A stretch of 64,000 nt of DNA, taken from a virus (lineage: Duplodnaviria; Caudoviricetes). The stretch lies in IMG/VR virus record IMGVR_UViG_3300032092_000001, one strand, 5' to 3'. This document shows positions 9,207 through 19,523 of this stretch, piece by piece (the first letter of the stretch is position 1; each line of letters starts with the position of its first letter). The translations under genes and the position numbers were made by a program. The notes beneath the pieces were generated by a model that searched no databases, had not been told where the DNA came from, and saw only the letters and a program-made list of their open reading frames with translations.

Positions 9207-10675
9207 TACTTAAATGTTTTAGTTTTTTTATCATATTCATATCCAACAGTTGAATTTTCTGATGCGTAATAAAATCCATCTTCCTTCTTAACTCCATTTT
9301 CACCAACCTTATTACCCGGGGTTAGTTCATAAGATTTCCATTTTGATAAAATTTGGTCTTCAGTCTCCTCACCACTTTGTGATTCTCCTCCAAAATTTAA
9401 TTCACTAGTTGGCAATCCCGCTTCTTCAAAATCTTTAATAGTTGCACCTTGTTTAATTAGTTCATTTGCGAATTTGATGTAGTCAGAATTGTTTTGGTCA
9501 TTATTTAACATTTCTTGTAGTTTCGCTTTAACTTCTTCGTCCTGTGGGGTTAATTGTGAAACAAATTGAGCTCCGTCAAGTAATTCCATAACCCCATTAA
9601 TAGGTAATGTAATACACCCACCTAAATCTTTAATTTGGCTTGATAATTCCCCATACATTGTTTTATATATCTCAAAGTCGGCACCTGATTTAACAGCATA
9701 ATCCCAAAGAACTTTCACTACCTTAACTATTAAACACATTTTAATTATAAAAATAGAATATGCCGCGATAACAAAAACTGATTTTGACGGTTGTCCTTTA
9801 TATAATTTAAGTAAACGTTCATATAGTTTAAATCTGTTAGCACTTTTAGTTACCATAGTCTGAACATTTGGTATCACATCAAAATATGGGTTACTTTCAG
9901 AAATTGAATTTTTAATAGTATTTAATTGATTTGTAATATTCTCAGGGCTCCACAATTTAGGATTAGAAACTGCGGAATCATATAAACCAACTAATTCATC
10001 ATATTTAATATTTTTACCTTTGATTTTTCTTGAAAGTTCAGAAAATGCTGTGTCAATTTCAGGTTGTACCGATTTTTTAGGTATAGAACTTAAATTAAGT
10101 TTATTAGTTATAATTTTTTTTAATTCATCGTCCATAGTTGATGAATTAATTGCATTTCTTAATTCAGTTAAATTATCAATCTGTTGGTTATATAATTTAG
10201 GATTTTTTACACTGTCAATATTTTTAAAACCCTGTACTGATGATAATAATTGAGATACTTCTTTAAACTCACCAGAAGTAATCATATCATCAACTAATTT
10301 TGAATAAAATGAGTCGTTTCGTTTAATAACGTCATCTAATAACGAATACCAATTAACCCCACCACCAATATTTGACAATGACTCACCTGAAATTAATTCA
10401 TCATTAATTGTTCTTAAATAACTATCAATATCTTGTGGAGACGCACTGGATAAATTAAATTCCTTAGTTATCCACGGTCTAACCGCATCATACGCAGCTT
10501 CATCCATGATATCGTCTGAAACTCCATCCATATTTCTAGTTGCACTTTCAATAATGTCTTTCATTAATGATTCAAACCATGGCTGTCCGATACTTTCTAA
10601 AATTACATTTTTAGGAGATACTCCCATTATTTCATGTAATCTTTTTATTTCTTCAAATAATAAATTTGTATTCAT
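9206..10675 (-). CDS. Large hypothetical protein with one hydrophobic segment
   Basis: N-terminus EEIKRLHEIMG..ILES; hydrophobic VFVIAAYSIFIIKMCLIVKVV; TAATG stop/start coupling to next gene. Confidence 0.75.
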   Translation of the reverse strand: MNTNLLFEEIKRLHEIMGVSPKNVILESIGQPWFESLMKDIIESATRNMDGVSDDIMDEAAYDAVRPWITKEFNLSSASPQDIDSYLRTINDELISGESLSNIGGGVNWYSLLDDVIKRNDSFYSKLVDDMITSGEFKEVSQLLSSVQGFKNIDSVKNPKLYNQQIDNLTELRNAINSSTMDDELKKIITNKLNLSSIPKKSVQPEIDTAFSELSRKIKGKNIKYDELVGLYDSAVSNPKLWSPENITNQLNTIKNSISESNPYFDVIPNVQTMVTKSANRFKLYERLLKLYKGQPSKSVFVIAAYSIFIIKMCLIVKVVKVLWDYAVKSGADFEIYKTMYGELSSQIKDLGGCITLPINGVMELLDGAQFVSQLTPQDEEVKAKLQEMLNNDQNNSDYIKFANELIKQGATIKDFEEAGLPTSELNFGGESQSGEETEDQILSKWKSYELTPGNKVGENGVKKEDGFYYASENSTVGYEYDKKTKTFK

Positions 10676-10701
10676 AATATATTAATATTTAGATAAATAT
10701 T

Positions 10702-13056
10702 TTAGTCCACAGGAATATCACTGATTTCATCAAGTAATTTTTCTTGTTCCTCATATTCTTGGTTTAATTTGTCAATTTTTTCTTTTAGTTTAACACAATA
10801 ACTTTGTAAATTTACTTTTTGTCCTGTTTTAGGGTCAATTGTTTCATATTTACCAAATTTTTCTCTTTCTTGTTTTGTTACAGTACCTAAAGCTTCTTGA
10901 TATAAACTTGGGTTATTCATTATTTCATCCGCAACTACATCATAATCAACTCCACTTCTATTCTTTTTTACCCACGAATTCCATCTTTCAAACTCAGTCT
11001 CAGTTATTTCTCTACCGTATATTTTTTTATGTAAATCACTAATTGTTGCAATTAATTTAAACCCATAATACCCTATCATTGGTGATAATGTTAAAATACC
11101 CTTCGTCCCCGCTTCTCTAAGCATTGATTTGATTAAATTAGTTTTTGCGGACCCAATGTCTTTAGCTAAAGCTTGTTGCATTTTACCTCTAGCAAACGTG
11201 CTCAACTGTTGTTGAAACTCACTATTTGACAGTAACTCTTGGAATAGTTTTTGTTCGGTTGTTGTTAAATTTGAATTAAAATTAACTAAATCTTGGTATG
11301 AGCTTAGATTTGCCTCTCTCATTTTCTGAGTAAACGATTTTCTTGTCCAATCATCAATTCCACCAGTTAAGAACTTAGATATTACTGGTAATTCGGCAAA
11401 CACCCCTAAAAACGCAATTGCAACATCTAATTTAGCCTCATCATACTTCCCGGCTTTATAATTTTGATTTGCTGAAACAAGGTTAATTCCAACGTCTGCC
11501 GCGGTTGCCGCTAATGTTACTGATAAGGCACTTCCACCTAAAACCGCCGCCGCACCTCCACTAACAATTGTCGCTAATATTATTCCTCCAATTTGTATTA
11601 AAGCTCCGTATTCATCCCAAAAAGTAGTGTCTTCAGGTATAGTATCATAAACACCTTTTTGAATTTTTACTGACCCGTCTTTATCTCTATATCTACCACC
11701 AAGAGTATGTCCTTTATATCTAATTTTACCATCAGCAACATCAAGCAAGAATTCAATTGCTCTCATACCCTTTTCATTTATTGCTCTGTCAATTTCCTCA
11801 TCAGTAAATGCGTTTGTTACAAAAGAACTCATTTTCAATTCTTTTTTTACCTTTTCAATCCATTTTAAATTTTCAGAAGCCTTTGAAATTGAGTCAAAAT
11901 TAATGTTAGAGTATTTTGTATTAGTAACATCAGGTGACTGAGTGATGTCTATTTTGAATAGGTTATCTGATATTTTTTTACCTTCACCTGACTCTATATC
12001 TTTAGGTTTGAACTGTTCAATCCCATAAAATTCATCAAAACCATTCATTAAGTTCCATTCCCTTATTGACATTTGAACAGATTCGTTATTAATATCCCAT
12101 TTTAAATTTTTAGCGTCTTTATAACTAACAGGTGGGAAGTCTCCACTCGGTTCTTTAATTTTTAATCTTGTAACTTTATCATATTCAGTTGGGGTCCCCT
12201 CAAAAGTGAACTTGTCAACATTTTTTGAAGCCGTACTTAAATTTCCGAATGAGATGTCATAATTCCATCTATTAAATACTATTCCCCACCCGCATTTAGT
12301 ATTGTGATTTACCGCCAATGACATGTTTTGATTCCACATTGGTCCTGTTTGAGATAGGTTATATGTTTTAGCAACTGATGGATAATTAACTCTAAACCAC
12401 TGTCTAAATGAGTCAGACCCATTTTCACCTGTTTTATCTTTAAATGGATTTTTACCAACACTCCCCATTAAATTAAATCCTTTTGATTTTTCACATTTTT
12501 GATTTTTTTCTAAACTTTGTTGTGTGTCTATTTTTTTTGAATTTTCATATCCTTTTATGATACGACTTGCGGGCTCTAAAAATCTGAAATAATTTGCGGA
12601 TACTAAATTTGAGGGGATGTCCTCAGGTTGTTTTAACCTAACGTCAATACCAAACTCATTTTTAGTTGTTGTAATCCCTTTTGATTTTTTATCATTAAAA
12701 TCTTTCAATTCTTTTTGATAAATTGTCTTGTCAAGTATTAATGACGCTGGGGTATATGATTTACTACCCATAAGGGCAACACTTCTGTTTAAAAGTTTGT
12801 CTCTTCTCAATTTATATAATTGAGGTAGGGACATTGTATTAATTAATTGTGCAAACTGATAAATTTTGTCATCAATATTAGGAACCCTTTTAGGGTCTCT
12901 CCAATCATATTTATTAATTTCATCAATTAATGTATTAACATTATATTGTTCTAAAATTAACGTTCCAACATTTTCAGATAAAGTTTTTTTATTGTCATAT
13001 TTCATTAACAATAAAACTCTTTCTAATATTTCCTGTTTGTTTTCTCCCATTACCAA
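10702..13056 (-). CDS. Large protein with Gly/Ala-rich hydrophobic hairpin, candidate membrane-channel ejection protein
   Basis: GALIQIGGIILATIVSGGAAAVLGGSALSVTLAATAADVGINLV; N-terminal LSE/ILE motifs. Confidence 0.7.
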   Translation of the reverse strand: MVMGENKQEILERVLLLMKYDNKKTLSENVGTLILEQYNVNTLIDEINKYDWRDPKRVPNIDDKIYQFAQLINTMSLPQLYKLRRDKLLNRSVALMGSKSYTPASLILDKTIYQKELKDFNDKKSKGITTTKNEFGIDVRLKQPEDIPSNLVSANYFRFLEPASRIIKGYENSKKIDTQQSLEKNQKCEKSKGFNLMGSVGKNPFKDKTGENGSDSFRQWFRVNYPSVAKTYNLSQTGPMWNQNMSLAVNHNTKCGWGIVFNRWNYDISFGNLSTASKNVDKFTFEGTPTEYDKVTRLKIKEPSGDFPPVSYKDAKNLKWDINNESVQMSIREWNLMNGFDEFYGIEQFKPKDIESGEGKKISDNLFKIDITQSPDVTNTKYSNINFDSISKASENLKWIEKVKKELKMSSFVTNAFTDEEIDRAINEKGMRAIEFLLDVADGKIRYKGHTLGGRYRDKDGSVKIQKGVYDTIPEDTTFWDEYGALIQIGGIILATIVSGGAAAVLGGSALSVTLAATAADVGINLVSANQNYKAGKYDEAKLDVAIAFLGVFAELPVISKFLTGGIDDWTRKSFTQKMREANLSSYQDLVNFNSNLTTTEQKLFQELLSNSEFQQQLSTFARGKMQQALAKDIGSAKTNLIKSMLREAGTKGILTLSPMIGYYGFKLIATISDLHKKIYGREITETEFERWNSWVKKNRSGVDYDVVADEIMNNPSLYQEALGTVTKQEREKFGKYETIDPKTGQKVNLQSYCVKLKEKIDKLNQEYEEQEKLLDEISDIPVD

Positions 13057-13295
13057 ATTTGATTTGCAACCCCTCTACCAATACCTGTAGACCACACTTC
13101 ACCTTTTTTACCTAACATATTCGCCTTACCTCTTTTAGTAACATATAAGTCGGACCACTTAGGCATTGCCTTCGCACCCCCTCCTCCACCAGCCGCAGCA
13201 TCCTGTTCGTCAATTTCACCGCTAGACTTTTTGGAATCATTTGTGAAAGTATAAGACTTTAACAAATCAATTATGTCATCAATATCGTTAGTCAT
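13050..13295 (-). CDS. Hypothetical protein
   Basis: 81-aa ORF with TATTTAT upstream. Confidence 0.65.
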   Translation of the reverse strand: MTNDIDDIIDLLKSYTFTNDSKKSSGEIDEQDAAAGGGGGAKAMPKWSDLYVTKRGKANMLGKKGEVWSTGIGRGVANQIW

Positions 13296-13345
13296 TTTTA
13301 ATGATAAATATCTATACTAAATCAAATTTTGTGTATATTAGCAAT

Positions 13346-13807
13346 ATGAAAAATCTATTTGTTGTTTTATTCTCAATTTTATTATTAACTTCTTGTGAAG
13401 TTTATGAAGAACCAACATATCCAACTTTAAGTGGTGAATATGTAATTGATTTAGTCACAGTAGATGATATGTCACTTACTCAATATCTTTCTGGAGATAC
13501 TTTAGAGATTGAGGCTAATGAGTTTCCAATTGACACACTAATTGTTGGGATAACTAAGATTAAATTTTCAAATGATAGGATTTTCTTCAACCCTTATTTA
13601 AATCAATACGGAAACACTCAATGGGAGAATGAATTTTTCTACGTAACAAGAAATTACGAATATCACGGTTCGGGACATTTTTTAGTGGATATGAATGGTA
13701 AGACATTCATATTTGATATAGTTGAGGATGGTTTGACAAATCTTGTTATTAAAAGTAACTCATTTAACAAAACAATTACTTTTAACCTAACGATGGTTGG
13801 CCATTAA
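13346..13807 (+). CDS. Lipoprotein
   Basis: Signal MKNLFVVLFSILLLTSC with lipobox LTSC, followed by acidic residues. Confidence 0.75.
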   Translation: MKNLFVVLFSILLLTSCEVYEEPTYPTLSGEYVIDLVTVDDMSLTQYLSGDTLEIEANEFPIDTLIVGITKIKFSNDRIFFNPYLNQYGNTQWENEFFYVTRNYEYHGSGHFLVDMNGKTFIFDIVEDGLTNLVIKSNSFNKTITFNLTMVGH

Positions 13808-14127
13808 AATAATTCTGACGGTGGGATTTTTTTTGGATTTGTCTCGTAGTACTCTGATAAAAAATTGGATAATTCCGACTCGTCAATACTACAATCATCA
13901 TTAATGTAGTCGTCGTTTAAAATAATGTCGTCAGTATCCTCTTCATAAGTTATGGGGTATTCATCATCGTTTAAACCTTCAATGACATAATACCCCATAC
14001 CTTCAATAATATCAATTTCAAATTCATCTTCTCTGATATAATCATCAGAGTCGTCCTTCATCCTAAAGGAAACCTGTATTGCTTGAGTCTTTTGATTATA
14101 ATATGACTCTACAATTTCTTTAATCAT
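13804..14127 (-). CDS. Acidic hypothetical protein
   Basis: 107-aa D/E-rich ORF. Confidence 0.65.
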   Translation of the reverse strand: MIKEIVESYYNQKTQAIQVSFRMKDDSDDYIREDEFEIDIIEGMGYYVIEGLNDDEYPITYEEDTDDIILNDDYINDDCSIDESELSNFLSEYYETNPKKIPPSELF

Positions 14128-14129
14128 CT

Positions 14130-14594
14130 TTAGATAATCTTCTTAAACCACTTTAGTGACTCTTGTATTTGTTCTGAGACTAATGGAGCCTTTGATTTTA
14201 GGTTAACGTTCTCCTCAATCTCTTCCATTGTATACATTTTGTTTGAGCATTCACATGTTTCACCTTCATACATCTCACCACACTCGTTACACTCTTTTTT
14301 AGATTCACTCATTTTACCTGACATACATTCACAAGTTTCAGCTTCATAAATCTCGCCACACTCATTACAAGTTTTCATTAATTTTTTATTAATGTTTGTA
14401 TGTTTGTATTCCATTACTTCACCTTTATTATTAACCGTAATTCCACCTTCATCTAATGCGTAATTACCGACAGTCAGAGGTGTCTCACTAGGTCCTTTAC
14501 CTTCACGAGTCACATAACCATCATATAGTTTAGTGTGTTTTTCCTTAATGGAATTTTTTTCTTCTTCAGATATGTTTAAAAAATAAGCTCTCAT
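14130..14594 (-). CDS. Hypothetical protein with ISEEEK leader and duplicated Cys motif
   Basis: ISEEEKNSIKEKH N-terminus; CNECGxxYExETCEC twice. Confidence 0.7.
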   Translation of the reverse strand: MRAYFLNISEEEKNSIKEKHTKLYDGYVTREGKGPSETPLTVGNYALDEGGITVNNKGEVMEYKHTNINKKLMKTCNECGEIYEAETCECMSGKMSESKKECNECGEMYEGETCECSNKMYTMEEIEENVNLKSKAPLVSEQIQESLKWFKKII

Positions 14595-14660
14595 AATTTA
14601 ATTTTCTTATAAATATATTGACATTACCATTTGACAAAAAAAGATAATTAATTTAAATTT

Positions 14661-15167
14661 ATGGTTATGACACCTGAATTAAAAAAACAACCGGTATTCA
14701 AGGACCACAGAGGTTCATTCACACCAATCAAATTATCCAATAAATGGGTCCAATCCAACATTAGTATTAACGATGATATTTTTGTTTTTCGTGGATTACA
14801 TTTACAGAAATATCCAAAGTCACAAGCCAAACAAGTGATGGTTATTCAGGGTAAATTGATTGATTTTTGTGTATGTGTTGACAAACTCAACCCAAATTTT
14901 GGAAAAGTTTTTGAATATATGATGAATGAAGGAGATGTTCTATATGTACCTCATGGATATGCTCACGGATTTTTAACTCTACAAAGTGGAACTATTGTCA
15001 ACTATTTGGTTGATGAAATGTATTCTCCCGAACATGAACTATGTGTTAAATGGGATTCGGTTGAAGAGGTTAGAGAAACTATTACAAAATTAACCTCAGG
15101 GTTTACATTCAAACTTAAAATGAGCGATAAAGATAATGAAGGTATTCATTTTACAAATTTGGTATGA
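14661..15167 (+). CDS. rfbC: dTDP-4-dehydrorhamnose 3,5-epimerase
   Basis: FKDHRGSF, QSNIS, RGLHLQ, QAK, VPHGYAHGFLTL. Confidence 0.88.
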   Translation: MVMTPELKKQPVFKDHRGSFTPIKLSNKWVQSNISINDDIFVFRGLHLQKYPKSQAKQVMVIQGKLIDFCVCVDKLNPNFGKVFEYMMNEGDVLYVPHGYAHGFLTLQSGTIVNYLVDEMYSPEHELCVKWDSVEEVRETITKLTSGFTFKLKMSDKDNEGIHFTNLV

Positions 15168-15400
15168 CAAGGGAAGAGGTTGAAGAACTATACGAAGGAG
15201 CAATACTACTTGAGGGATTTGACGATTGTATTGTTGGAGTTACTGAGGAATTTGGTAATGGGATTAGAATACTATACTCAAGAGACAAAATTTTAGAGTC
15301 CCTACAAAAAGATATGTCCGAAGAAGATGCTATTGAGTATTATTACTATAATATAGTAGGTGGTCATTTTGGAGACAGGAATCCAGTATTTCTGGTTTAA
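15164..15400 (+). CDS. Conserved phage hypothetical protein
   Basis: GFDDCIVG...AIEYYYYNIVGG pattern; ATGA overlap with rfbC. Confidence 0.65.
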   Translation: MTREEVEELYEGAILLEGFDDCIVGVTEEFGNGIRILYSRDKILESLQKDMSEEDAIEYYYYNIVGGHFGDRNPVFLV

Positions 15401-15984
15401 TAATGTCTCATCCAAAAATTTAAAACTTTTGGGGCCATTCTTTTAACCATTCCTCCCACTGAACTAGGGGTAACTTCTCTACCTTCTTTTTCTAATATTG
15501 TCATTGCTCCACGAATCATTATGTGTTTAACCTCATCGGCCATTGATGCCGCTTCTTCAAACTCATCACTTTCTTCATTATAATGTTCTTTCCTTAAAAT
15601 ATCTTCACCAATATAAAGATATGGTGACGCTCCAAACATGTTAGCAACACCTGACTCTCTTATCTTATCCAAGTATTTTTTAATTGGTAACATTTTAAAA
15701 TACTTTAGGATTTTGGCATCATCAGATAATTGGTTCACATCACTGGATTCATTAATCTTCCTTTTACTTCCCTTCCAATCTTCCTCATACATCCATTTAT
15801 CAGTATCGGACAATAAAAATAATGAACCACCATCATCCCATTTGATGTCGTATTGGTGTCCTGTCGGTTGTTTTGAAATTCTCCTAACAGTTCCTTTATT
15901 TCCGGTGTATCTAGGCTCACCGTCCATATCAATACAAACTATTCTATCACCAATTTTTAATTCGGGATTAATTTTCTTACTCAT
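15397..15984 (-). CDS. Two-domain protein: SH3-like N-terminus plus DUF5049-like C-terminus
   Basis: LKIGDRIVC..GTV..I...YDIKWD; IRESGVANMF; junction KINES; start moved to MSKKINP. Confidence 0.55.
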   Translation of the reverse strand: MSKKINPELKIGDRIVCIDMDGEPRYTGNKGTVRRISKQPTGHQYDIKWDDGGSLFLLSDTDKWMYEEDWKGSKRKINESSDVNQLSDDAKILKYFKMLPIKKYLDKIRESGVANMFGASPYLYIGEDILRKEHYNEESDEFEEAASMADEVKHIMIRGAMTILEKEGREVTPSSVGGMVKRMAPKVLNFWMRHY

Positions 15985-15999
15985 ATATTTATAAATATG
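15982..15999. promoter_or_regulatory. Palindromic bidirectional TATTTATAAATA element
   Basis: CAT-ATATTTATAAAT-ATG between divergent genes. Confidence 0.7.
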
Positions 16000-16623
16000 A
16001 AGATAATGATTAATGAAACTCAGAAAAGACTTATAACTGAATCTATCAATGATAGAATCAAGAATATTCAAGAAGAGTCAGTTAATATTACAAAACAAGT
16101 AATTGAATCCACCGCAACTCAGACAGGTATTAATTTATCTATGTTGTTAACTTGGGGTACATCAATTGGGGGTTTCATATCTCCTGTTATTCAATGGTTA
16201 CAAGGTAAGAACCCTCAACTAAGTGACATGGATATATCATTAATTATGACGGCAGTTATTGCTGTGATTTTTTATGATAACAAAAAAGTAATTACAGATT
16301 TAGTTAACGAAATTAAAAAAAGAGGTCTTGAAGATTACTTTAAAAATTCATTAAAGAAATCAATTGACTTAAAAAAGACGTTGATAAATTTCCTAAGGAG
16401 TTTAAATATTTCATCATTCAACTTACTTAGTATGTTAAGTTACGCATTTTTGGTGCCTCTACTTCAGATTTTCTATAATATGGCTCACGAAGGTCATTTT
16501 AATTCTCATGATGCTGAAATGATTGCCAAAGCAGTTACGTCGTTTGGTTTAATAACTGTGGGTAGTAATTACCTGAAAGTTTTGATTGAAAAGATTTTAA
16601 ATAGATTTTCTAGCAAAAAGTAA
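15997..16623 (+). CDS. Membrane protein with INE/ITE leader
   Basis: MKIMINETQKRLITES; several hydrophobic segments. Confidence 0.7.
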   Translation: MKIMINETQKRLITESINDRIKNIQEESVNITKQVIESTATQTGINLSMLLTWGTSIGGFISPVIQWLQGKNPQLSDMDISLIMTAVIAVIFYDNKKVITDLVNEIKKRGLEDYFKNSLKKSIDLKKTLINFLRSLNISSFNLLSMLSYAFLVPLLQIFYNMAHEGHFNSHDAEMIAKAVTSFGLITVGSNYLKVLIEKILNRFSSKK

Positions 16624-16876
16624 TTTTAATCTTCAAACTATCTTCTCCTTTTATTGTTCTATGATAAACTCCTTCAGGAATAGTGTACTTACCACCTTTC
16701 TTCATTTCAATGGGTAATTCGTTATCCAATTGTAATTGCCACCCATTACCCTCAATGACCTCAATTAATCTTGTTTCTCGGTCTCTATGCCAATGAAGTT
16801 CTCCTGAATCAACATTTGATTCAAATATTCTAATTTTAGATTTTTCTGTAACTTCTAAATCTTTGTATGGTTTCAT
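16610..16876 (-). CDS. Small cupin-domain protein
   Basis: ELHWHRD...EG.GWQLQ...IPEGVYHR cupin motifs; start MKPYKD. Confidence 0.7.
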   Translation of the reverse strand: MKPYKDLEVTEKSKIRIFESNVDSGELHWHRDRETRLIEVIEGNGWQLQLDNELPIEMKKGGKYTIPEGVYHRTIKGEDSLKIKITFC

Positions 16877-16877
16877 A

Positions 16878-17474
16878 TTACCAATAACCTGGATATGTTT
16901 TTCCACCCCACAAATGTCCAAAACGATTAAGACGACATGCCCAATAACCTGCGGTCATTCTATCTTTCTTGTCTTTACAGTTATGTCTTGATGCAAACGC
17001 CTTACGAGCTTTAGGGTTAGATACTTTAGCGGTTAGACCACCCTTAACATCTCCAAATGATATTTTTTTAACTCTTCCTGTAGATGGGTTTTTAACGTAT
17101 ACTACATATTTTTTTCCACCACCTGTATTTCTTCTTGGTTTACCCAATTCCACTTTTTTACCATTATATTCCGCCTCATTAATAAATTCCTCAGATAATG
17201 GTATGTCTAAATAAACTTCTTTTCCACTTGATAATCTAACCTTTGCACCCAAATCGGTCTCAATTAATTCAACCTCTTCATCACTTAATTCAATATTACC
17301 ATTCTCATATAAATCACGAACTTCGTTAATTAAACTAAAGAAAGAATCGGAATGTGGACGATATATGTTTTCAGTTAATGGTATATTGTTTTTTAAATGG
17401 TAATTCAAACCTTCAGAAACTAATAATTCATTACTTTCCTTTAACACTTTTTTAATCAAATTATCAATTCTCAT
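16878..17474 (-). CDS. Conserved large-phage basic protein
   Basis: C-terminal KKYVVYV...KISFGD...ARKAFASRHNC...AGYWACR motif seen in T4-like and other large viruses; N-terminal VLKES/VSE leader. Confidence 0.65.
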   Translation of the reverse strand: MRIDNLIKKVLKESNELLVSEGLNYHLKNNIPLTENIYRPHSDSFFSLINEVRDLYENGNIELSDEEVELIETDLGAKVRLSSGKEVYLDIPLSEEFINEAEYNGKKVELGKPRRNTGGGKKYVVYVKNPSTGRVKKISFGDVKGGLTAKVSNPKARKAFASRHNCKDKKDRMTAGYWACRLNRFGHLWGGKTYPGYW

Positions 17475-17674
17475 TTTTTCTCACGAAATAAAAAATACAA
17501 CCCAAAGAATGATAGTGCAATACCATAAAAAATTGCGGTGGTAGTCCAATAGGAATTCGTAGCATCTAAAATCATCTTGAAGATTACGTCGAAACCTAAA
17601 GGGTTGAAAAACATTCCAGCCATCAGACAGAAAGTCGCTATGTTTTTGCGAAATAATTGTCTCCAAGTCATCAC
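17471..17674 (-). CDS. Small two-TM membrane protein
   Basis: Two hydrophobic stretches and a basic C-terminus. Confidence 0.6.
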   Translation of the reverse strand: MMTWRQLFRKNIATFCLMAGMFFNPLGFDVIFKMILDATNSYWTTTAIFYGIALSFFGLYFLFREKK

Positions 17675-17794
17675 TATCCATTTATTTGGGGTTAAAGTTT
17701 ATGAATCTGAAAAAAATCAAATTCTTTATCATAAATATTTGTGGGAATCAATATTTGTCGTATATTTGTAGAAATAATTAAATAATCAAGTCCT

Positions 17795-18337
17795 ATGAAA
17801 AACTTATTCCTTTCTTTAGTGTTAGTTTTAACAAGTTTATGTTCATTTGGGCAAGTTAAAAAAGAATTTGTTGCATTGACTGAGGTTGAGCAATTAGTCT
17901 TCAAAAAAATAAATGACTATCGAGTTAAAAACGGATTAAAGTCAATTATTTGGTGTCCTAACTCATACAAATCAGCATACCATCACTCCTACTACTTGTC
18001 AGACCCAAATGTTGAAATTTCACACTTTGAGCCGGAAGATGTTGAAGGTATTGATGAAATTAACACTCATAACGACAGAATTTGTGGGGTTTTAAATTCA
18101 CCTGGGGTTGTTAGTGTTGAAAACGTAATGACAGTCCAAGCGTCCGACCGTTGGCTTAATAGAAAAGATTGTGATGGTAAAAAAACAACATCCGATTTTA
18201 TTTTTAAAGCTTGGTATGAATCTGATAGTCATAACAAGGCAATGTTAAATCCGTCTATGACACATGGGTCAATTGCTATTGTTAGAGAAAAGGATGGTAA
18301 TTATTGCAGACCTGTAATGGTATTCTATAAAAAATAA
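17795..18337 (+). CDS. Secreted CAP (SCP) domain protein
   Basis: Signal peptide ending SFG|Q; INDYR..NGL, ENV, W..S..H..AML; TATATTTG promoter at 17761-17768. Confidence 0.8.
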   Translation: MKNLFLSLVLVLTSLCSFGQVKKEFVALTEVEQLVFKKINDYRVKNGLKSIIWCPNSYKSAYHHSYYLSDPNVEISHFEPEDVEGIDEINTHNDRICGVLNSPGVVSVENVMTVQASDRWLNRKDCDGKKTTSDFIFKAWYESDSHNKAMLNPSMTHGSIAIVREKDGNYCRPVMVFYKK

Positions 18338-18361
18338 AAATGGGGATTACTCCCCATTTTT
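18336..18361. terminator. Bidirectional terminator
   Basis: AAAAATGGGGA-TTAC-TCCCCATTTTT. Confidence 0.8.
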
Positions 18362-18364
18362 ATT

Positions 18365-19495
18365 TTATTGTCCTTTAGTCTTATATGATGACCAATTCTT
18401 CGCAATTTTTTCAGCTGTGGTCCTCGGTACTTCATTTCCAGGGACACTCCAATCACTACCTGAACCTCCGTATCTGTATCGATACGAATAATTTGGCCAT
18501 TTTTTAAAGTAATCTTGACATTTTGGTTCTTTTCCCGCTCCGTGATACTCATATTGGAAACACCAACGTGCGGTCTCATCACTCCACATACCCTTACCAA
18601 GTACAAAATCTGAATTTGAAACACTTTCACCTGCCAAATCACCTTCTTGTACAGGTATCCATCTTACTTTACCTGCAACTTGATTGTCATCACCATTTGA
18701 GTAATATACTGACGCATAATTAGGTTTCTGCACCTTACATCTATAAATCCCTTGAGCATCTGTTGCGAACCCATCCGCACAAAATGTGATAATTCTAGTA
18801 TGAGGCGCATTCCATGCCAATATTCTATACGGCTGAAATGAGTAAGTTTGACTTGATTTTGTTTCAACCTCACCTTTAGCTTGTATTGTTATAGTTACAA
18901 ATTGATATGGCTGATATTGAGGTTCCGTAGATTTATTAACATTAGGAGTATAATCAGGTCCCGCAAATGCTTGTGAGATATCGGTAATATATTTAACCTT
19001 ATCTAATGATATTCCTGGAATTGTAGATAAATAATTTTTAATTGAACTAAACGCAGTATCCGCTCTTTTTTGAGCTAAATCAATATTAAAGGCCTTTCTT
19101 TCTTCTTCGGTTTTTCCTGGTCCTGATTTTGAACTACCTGCGGTAACAATAACTTCGGTTTCAACATTTTTTAACCCCTGATTATTATACCAATTACTAA
19201 TTTTTGTTTTTTCATCATCTGTTAAACTCCATGGTTGTGACTTACCTGGAGCAAATTTAGTTTCGGCTTTTATAATCAAAGGTTTAACTTTAGATGTTTC
19301 ATTCCTAACTAATTTAGTTCCATCAGGAGAAATAAAAGTCCCAGGCGTTGGATTTGGTGGTTGATGTTGCTCATTTACCAACTCTGTATATTTTTTTTCA
19401 AGAACGTTAAAGTAATTAATTTCCGTTTTTTGATTTTCATGAAGAGAACGAATTTTTTCTTTTTCGTTTTCTGATATAATAATTCTTTTTCCCAT
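18365..19495 (-). CDS. OmpA-C-like domain protein with ISENEK leader
   Basis: F..GKS...V.AGSS...NIDLAQKRA...YL pattern; start MGKRIIISENEKEKI. Confidence 0.55.
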   Translation of the reverse strand: MGKRIIISENEKEKIRSLHENQKTEINYFNVLEKKYTELVNEQHQPPNPTPGTFISPDGTKLVRNETSKVKPLIIKAETKFAPGKSQPWSLTDDEKTKISNWYNNQGLKNVETEVIVTAGSSKSGPGKTEEERKAFNIDLAQKRADTAFSSIKNYLSTIPGISLDKVKYITDISQAFAGPDYTPNVNKSTEPQYQPYQFVTITIQAKGEVETKSSQTYSFQPYRILAWNAPHTRIITFCADGFATDAQGIYRCKVQKPNYASVYYSNGDDNQVAGKVRWIPVQEGDLAGESVSNSDFVLGKGMWSDETARWCFQYEYHGAGKEPKCQDYFKKWPNYSYRYRYGGSGSDWSVPGNEVPRTTAEKIAKNWSSYKTKGQ

Positions 19496-19523
19496 ATTAC
19501 ATTTTAGTTTTTTTATAAATATA

